Assembly (NCBI GenBank): GCA_964411255.1
Contig: CAYPKD010000008.1
Location: 1-59,172, forward strand
Length of the DNA stretch: 59,172 nt
DNA from: an uncultured Gammaproteobacteria bacterium
GTDB lineage: Bacteria > Patescibacteriota > Patescibacteriia > UBA11705 > DATKZF01
Direction: 5' to 3'
Shown here: piece after piece, positions 42,287-50,949 of the stretch
Layout: the number at the start of each line of letters is the position of its first letter
Position numbering within the stretch: the stretch's first letter is position 1
The notes under the pieces: model-generated
What the model was told of the DNA's origin: nothing
What the model saw: the letters and a program-made list of their open reading frames with translations, nothing else
Databases searched by the model: none
Program-made: the position numbers and the translations under genes

Positions 42287-43567
42287 TTATTGAATAGGTT
42301 CACTTATAACCTCTTTTATTTCTTCATTGTCTGTTGATTGAGACTCTGTTGATTCAGTAATTTCCTCCTCACTATCTTCAAGGATAGCCTCCTCTTCTTC
42401 TGGATTTTCTCTAACTTCTATTGTTTCGATTGTGTCTTCAACCTCTTTTGTTATAACATTACTTTCTTTGACCTTTTCAAATGCATTTGTAATATCACCT
42501 TGTTCAAGCAGCTCTTTAGCCTCATCTACTAATTTTCTCGCTTCATCTGGCTTTTGAATAACTTCTTCCATAGTACTTTCAGTTTGTTCAACCTCTTCTG
42601 CAACCGCCTCTTCTTCAACTACAACTTCCCCTGTCGCTACCGTCTCTTCATCAACAACCTCAGGATCTATTATTATTTCTTCTTCTTTTTCTTCTTTAAC
42701 TTCTTCCACCTCTTCTTTTTCAACATTTAATTGATCTACATCCTCTGTAACTTCATCAATTTTATCTTCTGCTTTTTTAATCTTTTTTTCAATTTTATCT
42801 GCTAATTCCTCAATTGACGTTTCAACTTCTCCTGAAACGTGTTTTTCAATTATTACATCAATTGCCACGTCAGAAGCCTGTTCAGCAGCATCCTGCGCAT
42901 CATCCAAATCATCAATCACTTCATCTTCTCCAGTTATATCAATTAATTCCTGTTTTTTCTTCTCAATTTTGTTTGAAATATCCTCTACTTTTTCATCCAC
43001 TTTTTCTGCCACGTCAACGATTTCCTGAGCTGATTTTGGTTTCATTTTTACTTTTTCTAAATGATATTTAACATTATCCATTTGATTTTTTAATTCATTG
43101 GCAGCTACTTTCATGTTTTCTTTTTGATTTTCCGGCTTTTTAGGATTATCTGATAACTTATCCATTTCATTTAATCTTTCATCGGCAAAATCAATATACA
43201 AGTCTGTTTTCTTTCTATCATCTACTGTCATGCCAGCCTGAATCTTTTCCCGGGTTAATTTCACCTTATATAAAACATCTCCGGGCACACTTCCTTTTGA
43301 TGCGCTCACGCTAAATATCGAAGCTCCAAATACAATGGCGATAATTAATGTGATCGCGCCAACAGGTTTGTATACAAAAGTTTTTATACTTGATGGCATA
43401 AAAGCCTTGAAGCCATACCATGTTTTCTTTACGGCTGATGCTTCAGTAGCGCTTGCCTGTCCTTTTATTTGAGAAATCAAAAGACTTCTGTTTGTTTTTT
43501 TCCAATCAGAATTTGCGCCTAGAGCTCTAAGCGATTTTAATTGTTTAATTAGATCTTTCTCAGTCAT
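42287..43567 (-). CDS. DUF5667-like membrane protein, putative anti-sigma partner, acidic coiled-coil tail
   Basis: Overlaps the sigma gene by 8 nt. One TM. ASKGSVPGDVLYKVKLTREKIQ... matches the DUF5667 pattern. Glu/Asp/Val-rich C-terminus. Confidence 0.6.
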   Translation of the reverse strand: MTEKDLIKQLKSLRALGANSDWKKTNRSLLISQIKGQASATEASAVKKTWYGFKAFMPSSIKTFVYKPVGAITLIIAIVFGASIFSVSASKGSVPGDVLYKVKLTREKIQAGMTVDDRKKTDLYIDFADERLNEMDKLSDNPKKPENQKENMKVAANELKNQMDNVKYHLEKVKMKPKSAQEIVDVAEKVDEKVEDISNKIEKKKQELIDITGEDEVIDDLDDAQDAAEQASDVAIDVIIEKHVSGEVETSIEELADKIEKKIKKAEDKIDEVTEDVDQLNVEKEEVEEVKEEKEEEIIIDPEVVDEETVATGEVVVEEEAVAEEVEQTESTMEEVIQKPDEARKLVDEAKELLEQGDITNAFEKVKESNVITKEVEDTIETIEVRENPEEEEAILEDSEEEITESTESQSTDNEEIKEVISEPIQ

Positions 43568-44114
43568 GGAAAATGTCTTTTAATGTTTTTAAAGCTCGAT
43601 GTATAAGTACCCGAATATTGCTTTTTGTCTTATTTAATATCTCAGCAATTTCTGAAATATTTAAGTCTTCAATATATCTTAATATTATTACCTCGCGATA
43701 TTCTTCCTTTAATAATTTTAATTTGCTTTCGATTTGCTCCAAATCTATTTTTATATCAAGCTCATCAATTATGCTTGTTCTGTCTTTTACAATTTCCTCA
43801 AACTGTTCAGAGCTTGAGACAACAGAATCTTTTGATTTTTGCCTGTAATAATCCACTATGCAATTTCTAGCCACTCGATAAATTAATGCATTAAAATTTT
43901 CAATCTTCTTTTCACTTTTTTGTAAATAGTGCCATGTCTTTAAAAAAACATCTGAAGTTATATCCTGCGCATTCTCATCAGTGGCGACCTTAAATCTGAC
44001 AAATCTGAAAATCTGGTCAATATACATATCATAAAGTTTACCAAATGCCTCTGGGTCTTTTTGATTCTTTGCCTGATAAAGTAAATATTTGATTTTTAAA
44101 ATTTTACTTTTCAT
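43560..44114 (-). CDS. Sigma-70 family (ECF-size) sigma factor
   Basis: 184 aa. Region 2 DITSDVFLKTWHYL...LIYRVARN. Region 4 NISEIAEILNKTKSNIRVLIHRALKTL. Confidence 0.85.
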   Translation of the reverse strand: MKSKILKIKYLLYQAKNQKDPEAFGKLYDMYIDQIFRFVRFKVATDENAQDITSDVFLKTWHYLQKSEKKIENFNALIYRVARNCIVDYYRQKSKDSVVSSSEQFEEIVKDRTSIIDELDIKIDLEQIESKLKLLKEEYREVIILRYIEDLNISEIAEILNKTKSNIRVLIHRALKTLKDIFHD

Positions 44115-44253
44115 TTAATATGTCGCCAAATAGTTAATTTTGTTACAGTCTTTATCATAAAATATTTACATAACTTTGTAAAGACTTTTTTTATAACAAG
44201 ACAATTTTGTAAATAGTATGTCAATAATACTGTAAATATTACGCAAACCTACA

Positions 44254-44282
44254 TTGACAAATCTCTTTACATATGCTATAAA
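44254..44282 (+). promoter_or_regulatory. Promoter of the HTH gene
   Basis: TTGACA (44254-44259), a 17-nt spacer, then TATAAA (44277-44282). Confidence 0.6.
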
Positions 44283-44339
44283 ATACTACAAAAGTATACA
44301 CCAGTGTGGACTTTTATATATTTTAATGATAAAATACAA

Positions 44340-44654
44340 ATGAATAATATGGTAAATAACCAACAAAAAATAATTCGGGTATCAATTTCTGAAGGAGCAA
44401 GGTTATTAGGAGTTGATCCACATACTATAAGACGAGCTATTAAGGCTGGTGAATTAACATATGTTGTTGTCCAAGGAAGATATAAAATAAATTTTGAAGG
44501 TTTAATTAAATGGTCTCAAAGAAAAATCAGGATAAAAAATAAAATGGAAAAAGACGGAATAGGTCAATATGTAGATAAATGGAAAATTTCAAATAAATTA
44601 TACTCCCCAAATCCAGATGCTATTAAGAATAAAGATCCCGATATGAAGCGCTAA
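44340..44654 (+). CDS. Excisionase/MerR-type helix-turn-helix DNA-binding protein
   Basis: SISEGARLLGVDPHTIRRAIKAGELTYVVVQGRYKI. ATG at 44340 preferred over the GTG at 44304, but the start is uncertain. Confidence 0.7.
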   Translation: MNNMVNNQQKIIRVSISEGARLLGVDPHTIRRAIKAGELTYVVVQGRYKINFEGLIKWSQRKIRIKNKMEKDGIGQYVDKWKISNKLYSPNPDAIKNKDPDMKR

Positions 44655-44682
44655 AAAAATTTAATCTAACCCTTGATATTCA

Positions 44683-44717
44683 GCAAAGCAAACCAGTAAT
44701 TCCCGCTTTGCTTTTTT
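44683..44717 (+). terminator. Terminator after the HTH gene
   Basis: Stem GCAAAGC/GCTTTGC followed by TTTTTT. Confidence 0.55.
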
Positions 44718-44723
44718 AATTTT

Positions 44724-44750
44724 AAAAAGATGCAACAGAAAATTGCATCC
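44724..44750 (-). terminator. Terminator after the GT4 gene
   Basis: Stem GATGCAA/TTGCATC followed by a T-run on the minus strand. Confidence 0.55.
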
Positions 44751-44764
44751 TTTAAATATTTACC

Positions 44765-45925
44765 TTAACCATTTATCTTAATTGGTTTTGTCTTCCTTAA
44801 TTGCCCCTTGCTCATTGCTTCTTTATAAAGCCTTTCAGTTCTACTTGCAATAGACTGCCAATTATATTCTTCTTTTACAGACTCTCTTAACCTTTGGCCA
44901 AAGGTTGGCAACCAGTTTTTATTTTCCATCAGTCTCTCAATTTTAATTTTTAAATCAGTTGCATCTCCTTGTTTAAAAACTAAAAATTTTTCTAATTCAT
45001 CTGGGATTAATTCTAAATGCTCTGGAATATTTGAAACAACCGCCGGCACTCCATATGACATTGACTCAAGCACAGTGATTGGCAAACCCTCTAAATCTGA
45101 CGGGTGAATAAATAATAATGCATTTGCAAAAAGCTGCTCAAGTGCCTCACCTGACTGATATCCGGTGAATAATATTCTTGAATCATCTGCTGCCATTTTT
45201 TTTAGTTGCTGAACATATTCATCAGTGAAAGCTGAACCTCCAGCTATTACCAATTTTTTATCAGTTTTTATTTTCTTAAATGCTTCAATTAGCAAATCCA
45301 ATCTTTTATGCTTAACCAATCGCACTGCAATAAAAAAATATTCCTTGCTTTTTAAATTAAATTTTTCATTGATAATATTTTCGCCAGTTATTTCTGGCAA
45401 AATTGTACCATTTGGGATATACGTTGTCTCCTCTTTATATGTATTGTAACAATATTTTTTTAATACCTTAGATACAGTGATTGTTTCATGAGCAAACTTT
45501 ACAGCAAAAAATTCTCCAAGCCGTAGAAAAAATCTGGCACCACTTCCCCACTTATCATGCATCCGGTCTTTGCAATGAAAAGTTACAATTACTTTTGCCC
45601 GATATTTAAAAACTCTCGGAATCCATGACATCAATGCCGGCCCAACACCATGGTAATGAATTATATCGTATTGTTTAAATAAGACGTTTATAGAGGCAAA
45701 CAAGGTATGGGATATAGCATCAAAATGCTTTGTTTTAATTGATGGCAATGATATTAAATTAACGCCATTAAATTCCTTCAACTCTTTATCAGTGTACCAG
45801 GGCCTGGTATATACAAAAATATCATGGCCAAGCTCAGCCATGTTTATTGCTAAATTTTCTACATGACGCTCAATACCGCCAAATTTTGTGGGTAAACCCT
45901 TTTGTCCAATATAAGCTATTTTCAT
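44765..45925 (-). CDS. Family 4 glycosyltransferase
   Basis: MKIAYIGQKGLP...GGIERHV N-terminus and the EX7E region EGLPITVLESMSYGVPAVV. Confidence 0.85.
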   Translation of the reverse strand: MKIAYIGQKGLPTKFGGIERHVENLAINMAELGHDIFVYTRPWYTDKELKEFNGVNLISLPSIKTKHFDAISHTLFASINVLFKQYDIIHYHGVGPALMSWIPRVFKYRAKVIVTFHCKDRMHDKWGSGARFFLRLGEFFAVKFAHETITVSKVLKKYCYNTYKEETTYIPNGTILPEITGENIINEKFNLKSKEYFFIAVRLVKHKRLDLLIEAFKKIKTDKKLVIAGGSAFTDEYVQQLKKMAADDSRILFTGYQSGEALEQLFANALLFIHPSDLEGLPITVLESMSYGVPAVVSNIPEHLELIPDELEKFLVFKQGDATDLKIKIERLMENKNWLPTFGQRLRESVKEEYNWQSIASRTERLYKEAMSKGQLRKTKPIKING

Positions 45926-45964
45926 ATTTATAAAATAGCACATTTATTTAAAAAAGTCAATTAC

Positions 45965-46405
45965 TTATTTTTTTTGTTTTTTACCAAAATATCCATTTTC
46001 TTTTGCTTTTTGAATCTCATTCACACACTTTTCACAAATACCAAAAAAGAAAAAAGTATTTGTTTCAATCTGAGATTTCAAGTCTTTTGACACTTTTTTA
46101 TTGATTTTTTTTGTATCAATACCTTTTACATTATAGATCCGGTGACATTTTCTGCAAACAAAATGAGCATCATTATTTTTTGCATCATATCTTGTCGGAC
46201 CCTTATCAAAATCTAATGCGGAAATTATATTTTCTTCAACCAAATTATGAAGATTTCTATAAACAGTAGCAAAGCTTATTTGAGGCAATAAATTACGAAC
46301 TGCTAAAAAAATCTCTTCAGCTGTTGGATGTCTATCAGTATTAAGCAGGAAATTCATGATCATCTTTCTTTGGTTTGTTAATCTAATTTTTGGCTTATTT
46401 AACAT
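45965..46405 (-). CDS. fur: Fur-family metalloregulator
   Basis: RLTNQRKMIMNFL...HPTAEEIF winged helix, plus CRKC and CEKC zinc-site pairs. Confidence 0.85.
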   Translation of the reverse strand: MLNKPKIRLTNQRKMIMNFLLNTDRHPTAEEIFLAVRNLLPQISFATVYRNLHNLVEENIISALDFDKGPTRYDAKNNDAHFVCRKCHRIYNVKGIDTKKINKKVSKDLKSQIETNTFFFFGICEKCVNEIQKAKENGYFGKKQKK

Positions 46406-46435
46406 ATTTTAACAAGTAATCATTCTTAAATACAA

Positions 46436-46454
46436 GTTATTATCATTATTATAT
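46436..46454 (-). promoter_or_regulatory. Fur-box-like operator upstream of the Fur-family gene
   Basis: The minus strand reads AATAATGATAATAAC, compared with the consensus GATAATGATAATCATTATC, about 30 nt upstream of the start. Confidence 0.4.
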
Positions 46455-46487
46455 ACAGTATATTACTATTTGAGAATAATTCAAGTC

Positions 46488-46496
46488 TTTATCCAC
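46488..46496 (+). promoter_or_regulatory. Perfect DnaA-box 9-mer TTATCCACA
   Basis: Exact match, intergenic, upstream of the Fur-family gene. Confidence 0.5.
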
Positions 46497-46554
46497 AATT
46501 CTTTTCCGTCATGTAGCACATATCATATAACACATAGCAAAGGCAAAGGCGAGT

Positions 46555-46735
46555 TTAGGTCAGAGGTATGGAGGCTTGAATCGTAAAAAACGAAAAGTGA
46601 ACAAATTAAATAAAAATTACAAAATGACCGCTGTCCAGTCTGTCATCTCGAGCCCCTCGACTACGCTCGGGACAGGCTCCGTCGAGAGATCTATCTAACA
46701 GCCTTGTATAACCCAAAATAGCAGGTCTTGTAAAT
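46555..46735. other. G+C-rich, purine-skewed structured island in a 380-bp intergenic gap
   Basis: GCAAAGGCAAAGGCGAGTTTAGGTCAGAGGTATGGAGG is followed by the nested palindromes CTGTCC/GGACAG, GAGCC/GGCTC and CTCGAC/GTCGAG (46630-46692). Confidence 0.4.
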
Positions 46736-46756
46736 AAAAAACGACCTTTTGGTCGA
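46734..46756 (-). terminator. Terminator after 46786..47340
   Basis: CGACC-TTTT-GGTCG with a T-run on the minus strand. Confidence 0.55.
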
Positions 46757-46785
46757 AAAATATCATTGATTATTTCTAAGTTCTT

Positions 46786-47340
46786 TTAATGTCCTAAATT
46801 ATACAAAATATAACTTCTTATTTCATCTAAAACATGCTCAGAAAGTAAAGAAGCTTCATTATACGATTTAACGCAAATATTTGGCTTACCAATATTTTTT
46901 AAATGCTTTATTGATCTTTTATAATCATTTTCAAATCCTTTTTCTGGAAAAAATAAATGCATTGCAGAACTGCTTTGTTCAAGCAAATGTTTTATATCCA
47001 AACTATTTGAATATAATGAATGTTCTCGAATTTTCTTTTCTTTTATAATAATAGGCTGAATTGAAAAAATACCACTAATCTGATTTGATTCAACAGCTTC
47101 TAATACAGGTAAAAATCCCCAGCCTTCTGTTAAATAATATAGTTCAAAACCTCTTTGATTATGCGTTTCATTTAATAATTTTAATTCATTAAGAATACCT
47201 TTCCATTCCATGTTAATTAGATCCTGAGGAGTTTTACCAAATTCAATAACTTCAACATTTGGCTTTGCAATGCTTTTTGCCCATTCTGCAAACTGAGAGT
47301 TTGGCAGATGAAGGTTTGGTATAACTATTATTCTTTGCAT
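46786..47340 (-). CDS. Hypothetical protein
   Basis: 184-aa ORF, 5 nt downstream of the DUF134 gene. No motif recognised. Confidence 0.55.
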   Translation of the reverse strand: MQRIIVIPNLHLPNSQFAEWAKSIAKPNVEVIEFGKTPQDLINMEWKGILNELKLLNETHNQRGFELYYLTEGWGFLPVLEAVESNQISGIFSIQPIIIKEKKIREHSLYSNSLDIKHLLEQSSSAMHLFFPEKGFENDYKRSIKHLKNIGKPNICVKSYNEASLLSEHVLDEIRSYILYNLGH

Positions 47341-47345
47341 ATTAT

Positions 47346-47633
47346 CTATTCATCTGATTTTTTAATGGTAATTGCCTTTCCATTAATTAATGCATCGCTT
47401 ACTTTGACATATGCTGAATTTAATATTCGCTGAAAAGTACTCTGAGAAGTCTTCATTTGCTTGGCGCACTGATTTTGATCAAAGTTTTTAATATTTTTTA
47501 ATCTTAAAGCCTCAAGCTCCTCCCGGTCTAATTCAATTGACTTTAAATGCCTCATAGGTATCCCATGTGGCTTAAAATATGTTACATTTGGACGAAATCT
47601 AATAAATCGTCTTTGTCTTGGTCTTGGAGTCAT
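47346..47633 (-). CDS. DUF134-family predicted DNA-binding protein
   Basis: RRFIRFRPNVTYFKPHGIPMRHLKSIELDREELEALRL... followed by an HTH-like segment QCAKQMKTSQSTFQRILNSA. Confidence 0.75.
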   Translation of the reverse strand: MTPRPRQRRFIRFRPNVTYFKPHGIPMRHLKSIELDREELEALRLKNIKNFDQNQCAKQMKTSQSTFQRILNSAYVKVSDALINGKAITIKKSDE

Positions 47634-47717
47634 ATGTAATTAAAAACAAGGGCTATTTCATTGGTGATTATAACATATAAATCTGCCATATAAAAGCCCT
47701 TATTTTTAAAATAAATC

Positions 47718-47903
47718 TTACTGGTCCTTTTTGTCTTCATCATTCTGCGCTTGCCTTCCAAGTCCTAACCGTCTTCCAATACCTCTGCCTCTGGCTGGAC
47801 GGCCATTTTTACTACCATTGCCGCAGGGGCCTAAACCCCGACCAGTTCCAGCACCCTTTCCCAAAGGACCTGTTCCATCTTGATTTGGCATATTTTTAGC
47901 CAT
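47718..47903 (-). CDS. DUF5320-like small Gly/Arg-rich protein
   Basis: MAKNMPNQDGTGPLGKGAGTGRGLGPCGNGSKNGRPARGRGIGRRLGLGR.... The track ORF was trimmed because its 5' part overlaps the promoter at 47980..48008. Confidence 0.65.
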   Translation of the reverse strand: MAKNMPNQDGTGPLGKGAGTGRGLGPCGNGSKNGRPARGRGIGRRLGLGRQAQNDEDKKDQ

Positions 47904-47979
47904 AAGCCCAGGATCGCAGGCAATCAGTATATAATTGCATGAATCCGGACTTAATGAATTAATTACTTCTCCTATTATG

Positions 47980-48008
47980 AGTATATACCCAAAACTATAT
48001 TTTGTCAA
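47980..48008 (-). promoter_or_regulatory. Promoter of the DUF5320-DUF134 operon
   Basis: Minus strand: TTGACA, a 17-nt spacer, then TATACT, immediately after the terminator. Confidence 0.6.
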
Positions 48009-48010
48009 AT

Positions 48011-48040
48011 TTAAAAAAGGGATTATATTAAATCCCTTTT
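48011..48040 (-). terminator. Terminator after the radical-SAM gene
   Basis: 10-bp stem AAAAGGGATT/AATCCCTTTT with a 6-nt loop. Confidence 0.65.
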
Positions 48041-48048
48041 ATTTACTC

Positions 48049-49380
48049 CTATGGCCTCACATTCCAAAGCCTTTCGTAAACTGATCTGAAATGCTTATAA
48101 AGTTCTTCAAATCTTAGGTGGAGCGTATCTCCTGTTTTGAATTCTCTAACCTTTGTATTGTAAAAATCAGAAGTATAGTATTGCCACTGATGCCAAAACA
48201 TGAAAAATTTCATTTTTTCTCGAACAATTGGATTTCGAATAAGAAACGGGGTTTTTGAATCATAATACTTATAATCTTCAGGTGAAACATGGGCATAATA
48301 CTTATCCCAAATTTTTGTTCCTCTAAATGGCATGAGGAAATTACCACATATCATTTCCGGCGCCAATTCTTCAATTCGAGCCATTAAAATCTGATAAAAT
48401 TCAGCTCCAGCCTCACGACTAATAATACGTAAAGGATCAACAATAAATGAAAGATATGCCATTATGCCATGTTCTTTCATCCAGGCGACTACCTGGTCAA
48501 GTTTGCTATTTTTTCTATATTCAACTGTCGGATCCTCAAGTCCAAGGCAAATCATGTAAACACCGTGGTCAGCCATAAATTTTAATTTTTCTTCATTCAA
48601 AGTATTAGCAGAGGCAAAAAGATAAATCTTAGTATTTGGCAGAGCCTGGTGAACAGCTGCCAGCCGTTCTCGCCAATCTTTTTGCATAGTAAAGTTTTCA
48701 TCTCTAAAAAAAATAAAGTTTGGATTATAAACTCTCAGACTTTTCGCTTCTCTCTCTACAAATTCCAAAGGTTTAGAAAGAATTTTCGGACACATCATTG
48801 GTGTGCAGCAAAAATCGCAGGGCGGCTTCATACTACAGCCAATTGATGTATTTATTGAAACAACACGATCTGACGGTCTCTTATCTGGAATAATCTGCTG
48901 ATTGCAGCTAATATCATATAAATCTCTTCGAGGAAGATTTTTATGTACTGTCACTCCCTGGACAATTTGTCCTGACTGTTCAATAGTGGCAAAAAAGTCA
49001 TCGCAAGGGCCCTGAACTATTTTATAAGCATATCGTTCAAAATCTTCTGGAAATGAGGTTGGATGATATCCGCCAACAACAATTTTTTCTTTGTCATGTT
49101 TTAATGCCCATCGAATAAATTCATCATAGCCGCTGATATAAACTGAGCACACATACCATTCTACATCTTCATCATTAAAATCATCATTTGACATATTATA
49201 TTCAACGTTTTGTCCAGGCGGCAAAACTGTCAAAACTGACGGCTCAAGCCCAAGATTAAAATCAGATCTTGGAAAAGTCATACCAATGATTCTGTTTGTT
49301 TTTCTATCAGAAAGCAAATCAGTAAAATTAATCCTTCTCCAGGTTTTAATACCATATCCGGTCTTTGTTGTATCTGCCAT
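48049..49380 (-). CDS. B12-binding-domain-like / radical SAM protein with a CX5CX2C cluster motif
   Basis: IVVGGYHPTSFPEDF (B12-domain-like) followed by NTSIGCSMKPPCDFCC. Start set at MADTT..., 5 nt after the SD AAGGAGG. Confidence 0.75.
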   Translation of the reverse strand: MADTTKTGYGIKTWRRINFTDLLSDRKTNRIIGMTFPRSDFNLGLEPSVLTVLPPGQNVEYNMSNDDFNDEDVEWYVCSVYISGYDEFIRWALKHDKEKIVVGGYHPTSFPEDFERYAYKIVQGPCDDFFATIEQSGQIVQGVTVHKNLPRRDLYDISCNQQIIPDKRPSDRVVSINTSIGCSMKPPCDFCCTPMMCPKILSKPLEFVEREAKSLRVYNPNFIFFRDENFTMQKDWRERLAAVHQALPNTKIYLFASANTLNEEKLKFMADHGVYMICLGLEDPTVEYRKNSKLDQVVAWMKEHGIMAYLSFIVDPLRIISREAGAEFYQILMARIEELAPEMICGNFLMPFRGTKIWDKYYAHVSPEDYKYYDSKTPFLIRNPIVREKMKFFMFWHQWQYYTSDFYNTKVREFKTGDTLHLRFEELYKHFRSVYERLWNVRP

Positions 49381-49427
49381 TGTTGCCTCCTTGAGTGGCA
49401 TTTATTTTCAAAAAACAAGAACAAAAT

Positions 49428-49456
49428 ATAATAATATAATTTATTGAATTTGTCAA
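49428..49456 (-). promoter_or_regulatory. Promoter of the radical-SAM gene
   Basis: Minus strand: TTGACA, a 17-nt spacer, then TATTAT. Confidence 0.6.
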
Positions 49457-49505
49457 CAAAAAAACACCAAAACGGTGAATTTATATAAACTAGATTATTT
49501 ATAAA

Positions 49506-50045
49506 TTACTTAATAATTTTCTTTAACTCATTTGATATTAGCTTGAAACTTTCAACGCTGCCTGACCATTTTTCTGGCTCTGTCTGCATAGATTTTATAA
49601 TTTCATATTTATCCATCCATTTCACCTTCTGTACTTCATCATCCTCAAATCGTAAATTACTTGTATCTTCTGGGCCTTTATAAAAAAATATGTGGGTGAA
49701 TTCATTATTTGGATAATGATCTCTTTTTCTAACCAATCCTTTTATAAAATCTGAATATTTCAAAGAAAGTCCAATCTCTTCTTTTATTTCATCTGTTAAC
49801 GCTTGCTCAATTGTTTCACCGGCTTTTACATGACCGCCAAAGCGCGTATCCCAACAATTTGGATGCAGATCTTTTGTCTTTGATCTTAAATGCACTAAAA
49901 AATAATATTTGTCATTTTCTTTTCTAAAATAATAAATATGTACAGTTCTGTGCCAAAGCCCTGTGCTATGAACTTGCGATCTGGATTTTACTTCACCTGT
50001 ATTTACATTATTCTCATCAACTATATCAAAATATTCTTCTTGCAT
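49506..50045 (-). CDS. Nudix hydrolase
   Basis: Nudix box GGHVKAGETIEQALTDEIKEEIGL. Confidence 0.85.
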   Translation of the reverse strand: MQEEYFDIVDENNVNTGEVKSRSQVHSTGLWHRTVHIYYFRKENDKYYFLVHLRSKTKDLHPNCWDTRFGGHVKAGETIEQALTDEIKEEIGLSLKYSDFIKGLVRKRDHYPNNEFTHIFFYKGPEDTSNLRFEDDEVQKVKWMDKYEIIKSMQTEPEKWSGSVESFKLISNELKKIIK

Positions 50046-50125
50046 AGTATTGTTATTTATAATGGAAAGTATAGTTATAATCTATCAAAAAAGAACATCT
50101 TTGGGAAATTATTTTGACCATATAC

Positions 50126-50154
50126 TTGATTTATACTTATAAATCTGCTAAAAT
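50126..50154 (+). promoter_or_regulatory. Promoter of tRNA-Gln
   Basis: TTGATT, a 17-nt spacer, then TGcTAAAAT (extended -10). Confidence 0.6.
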
Positions 50155-50203
50155 TTGATCATATTTGTTTGTAATTTGTCATTTAGAAATTTAACTTTTT
50201 CAT

Positions 50204-50277
50204 TCGGAGATCGTCTAATGGTAGGACGCCAGGTTCTGGCCCTGGTAATCCTGGTTCGAATCCAGGTCTCCGAGCCA
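50204..50277 (+). tRNA. tRNA-Gln (anticodon CUG)
   Basis: Acceptor TCGGAGA/TCTCCGA, anticodon stem CCAGG/CCTGG with loop TTCTGGC, T-arm CCTGG-TTCGAAT-CCAGG, encoded CCA. Confidence 0.88.
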
Positions 50278-50301
50278 AATAAGCTGTTTATTTTATCTAA
50301 T

Positions 50302-50333
50302 AAAAAACTGATCAGCATTTGAGCATAATCAGT
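50302..50333 (-). terminator. Terminator after 50347..50949
   Basis: Stem ACTGAT/ATCAGT followed by a T-run on the minus strand. Confidence 0.45.
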
Positions 50334-50346
50334 ATATGGATTTTCC

Positions 50347-50949
50347 TTATTTTACCAAAAAATCATCTGCAAAACTGCTATCCACTTTTTGATCCTGTTC
50401 AGATGATGTATCATTAAAAAACCAGTCATCAAAGGAGATAAACTCCAGTTGATCTTGATTAATAAGCCCCCACCATCTGAGATCCATAACATTTGCTGGA
50501 AACATTATGAATGGTTTGTAATCTAACATTCTAGCAGCTCTCATCAACGGTTCTGCCAAAGGAAAAGATCCTGAAATAAGACAAATTCTTTTTTGTTGGA
50601 ATGTAAAAGCTGCCATTGCATATGCCATTGAAGCATCATGCCGAAAACACAGTCTTTCAATAAATTTTGTTGATATTTCTTGTTCAGAACCTGATATCAA
50701 AGAAGTCTCTTTTGGCAAAAACTTTCTAATAGTCCAACCCATTGATTTCAGAATGTTAATAAATTTAAGTTGGCCAGCATTTCCCGCAAAGAAGTTTGTC
50801 CAACCAAAAAACTCTACTTCATATTCTGAAAACCTATCTTTCAAGTACTCTGTAATTTCCGAATATTTAACACGTCCCATGTCTCTTGTAGACATATAAA
50901 GCATAGACAGATCACACATTACAGCAAAAACTTGTTTATTTGGTGCCAC
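50347..50949 (-). CDS. Hypothetical protein (weak NYN/LabA-like resemblance)
   Basis: GTG start 5 nt after AGGAGG. QVFAVMCDLSMLYM... and ICLISGSFPLAEPL loosely resemble NYN-domain motifs. Confidence 0.55.
   Translation of the reverse strand: MAPNKQVFAVMCDLSMLYMSTRDMGRVKYSEITEYLKDRFSEYEVEFFGWTNFFAGNAGQLKFINILKSMGWTIRKFLPKETSLISGSEQEISTKFIERLCFRHDASMAYAMAAFTFQQKRICLISGSFPLAEPLMRAARMLDYKPFIMFPANVMDLRWWGLINQDQLEFISFDDWFFNDTSSEQDQKVDSSFADDFLVK

Noticed and set aside
44161-44240. Three TGTAAA words (44177, 44209, 44231) plus an inverted TTTACA in the divergent sigma/HTH promoter region, considered as an operator array.
   Set aside because: The motif is short and AT-rich, the spacing is irregular (32 and 22 nt), and it is easily produced by chance in this composition. 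It is noted only as a possible target for motif analysis.
47904-48008. The N-terminal 35 codons of track ORF 47718..48008 (MTKYSFGYILII...).
   Set aside because: This part overlaps the TTGACA-17-TATACT promoter and would start upstream of the likely transcription start. The conserved DUF5320-like sequence starts at MAKNMPNQDG.
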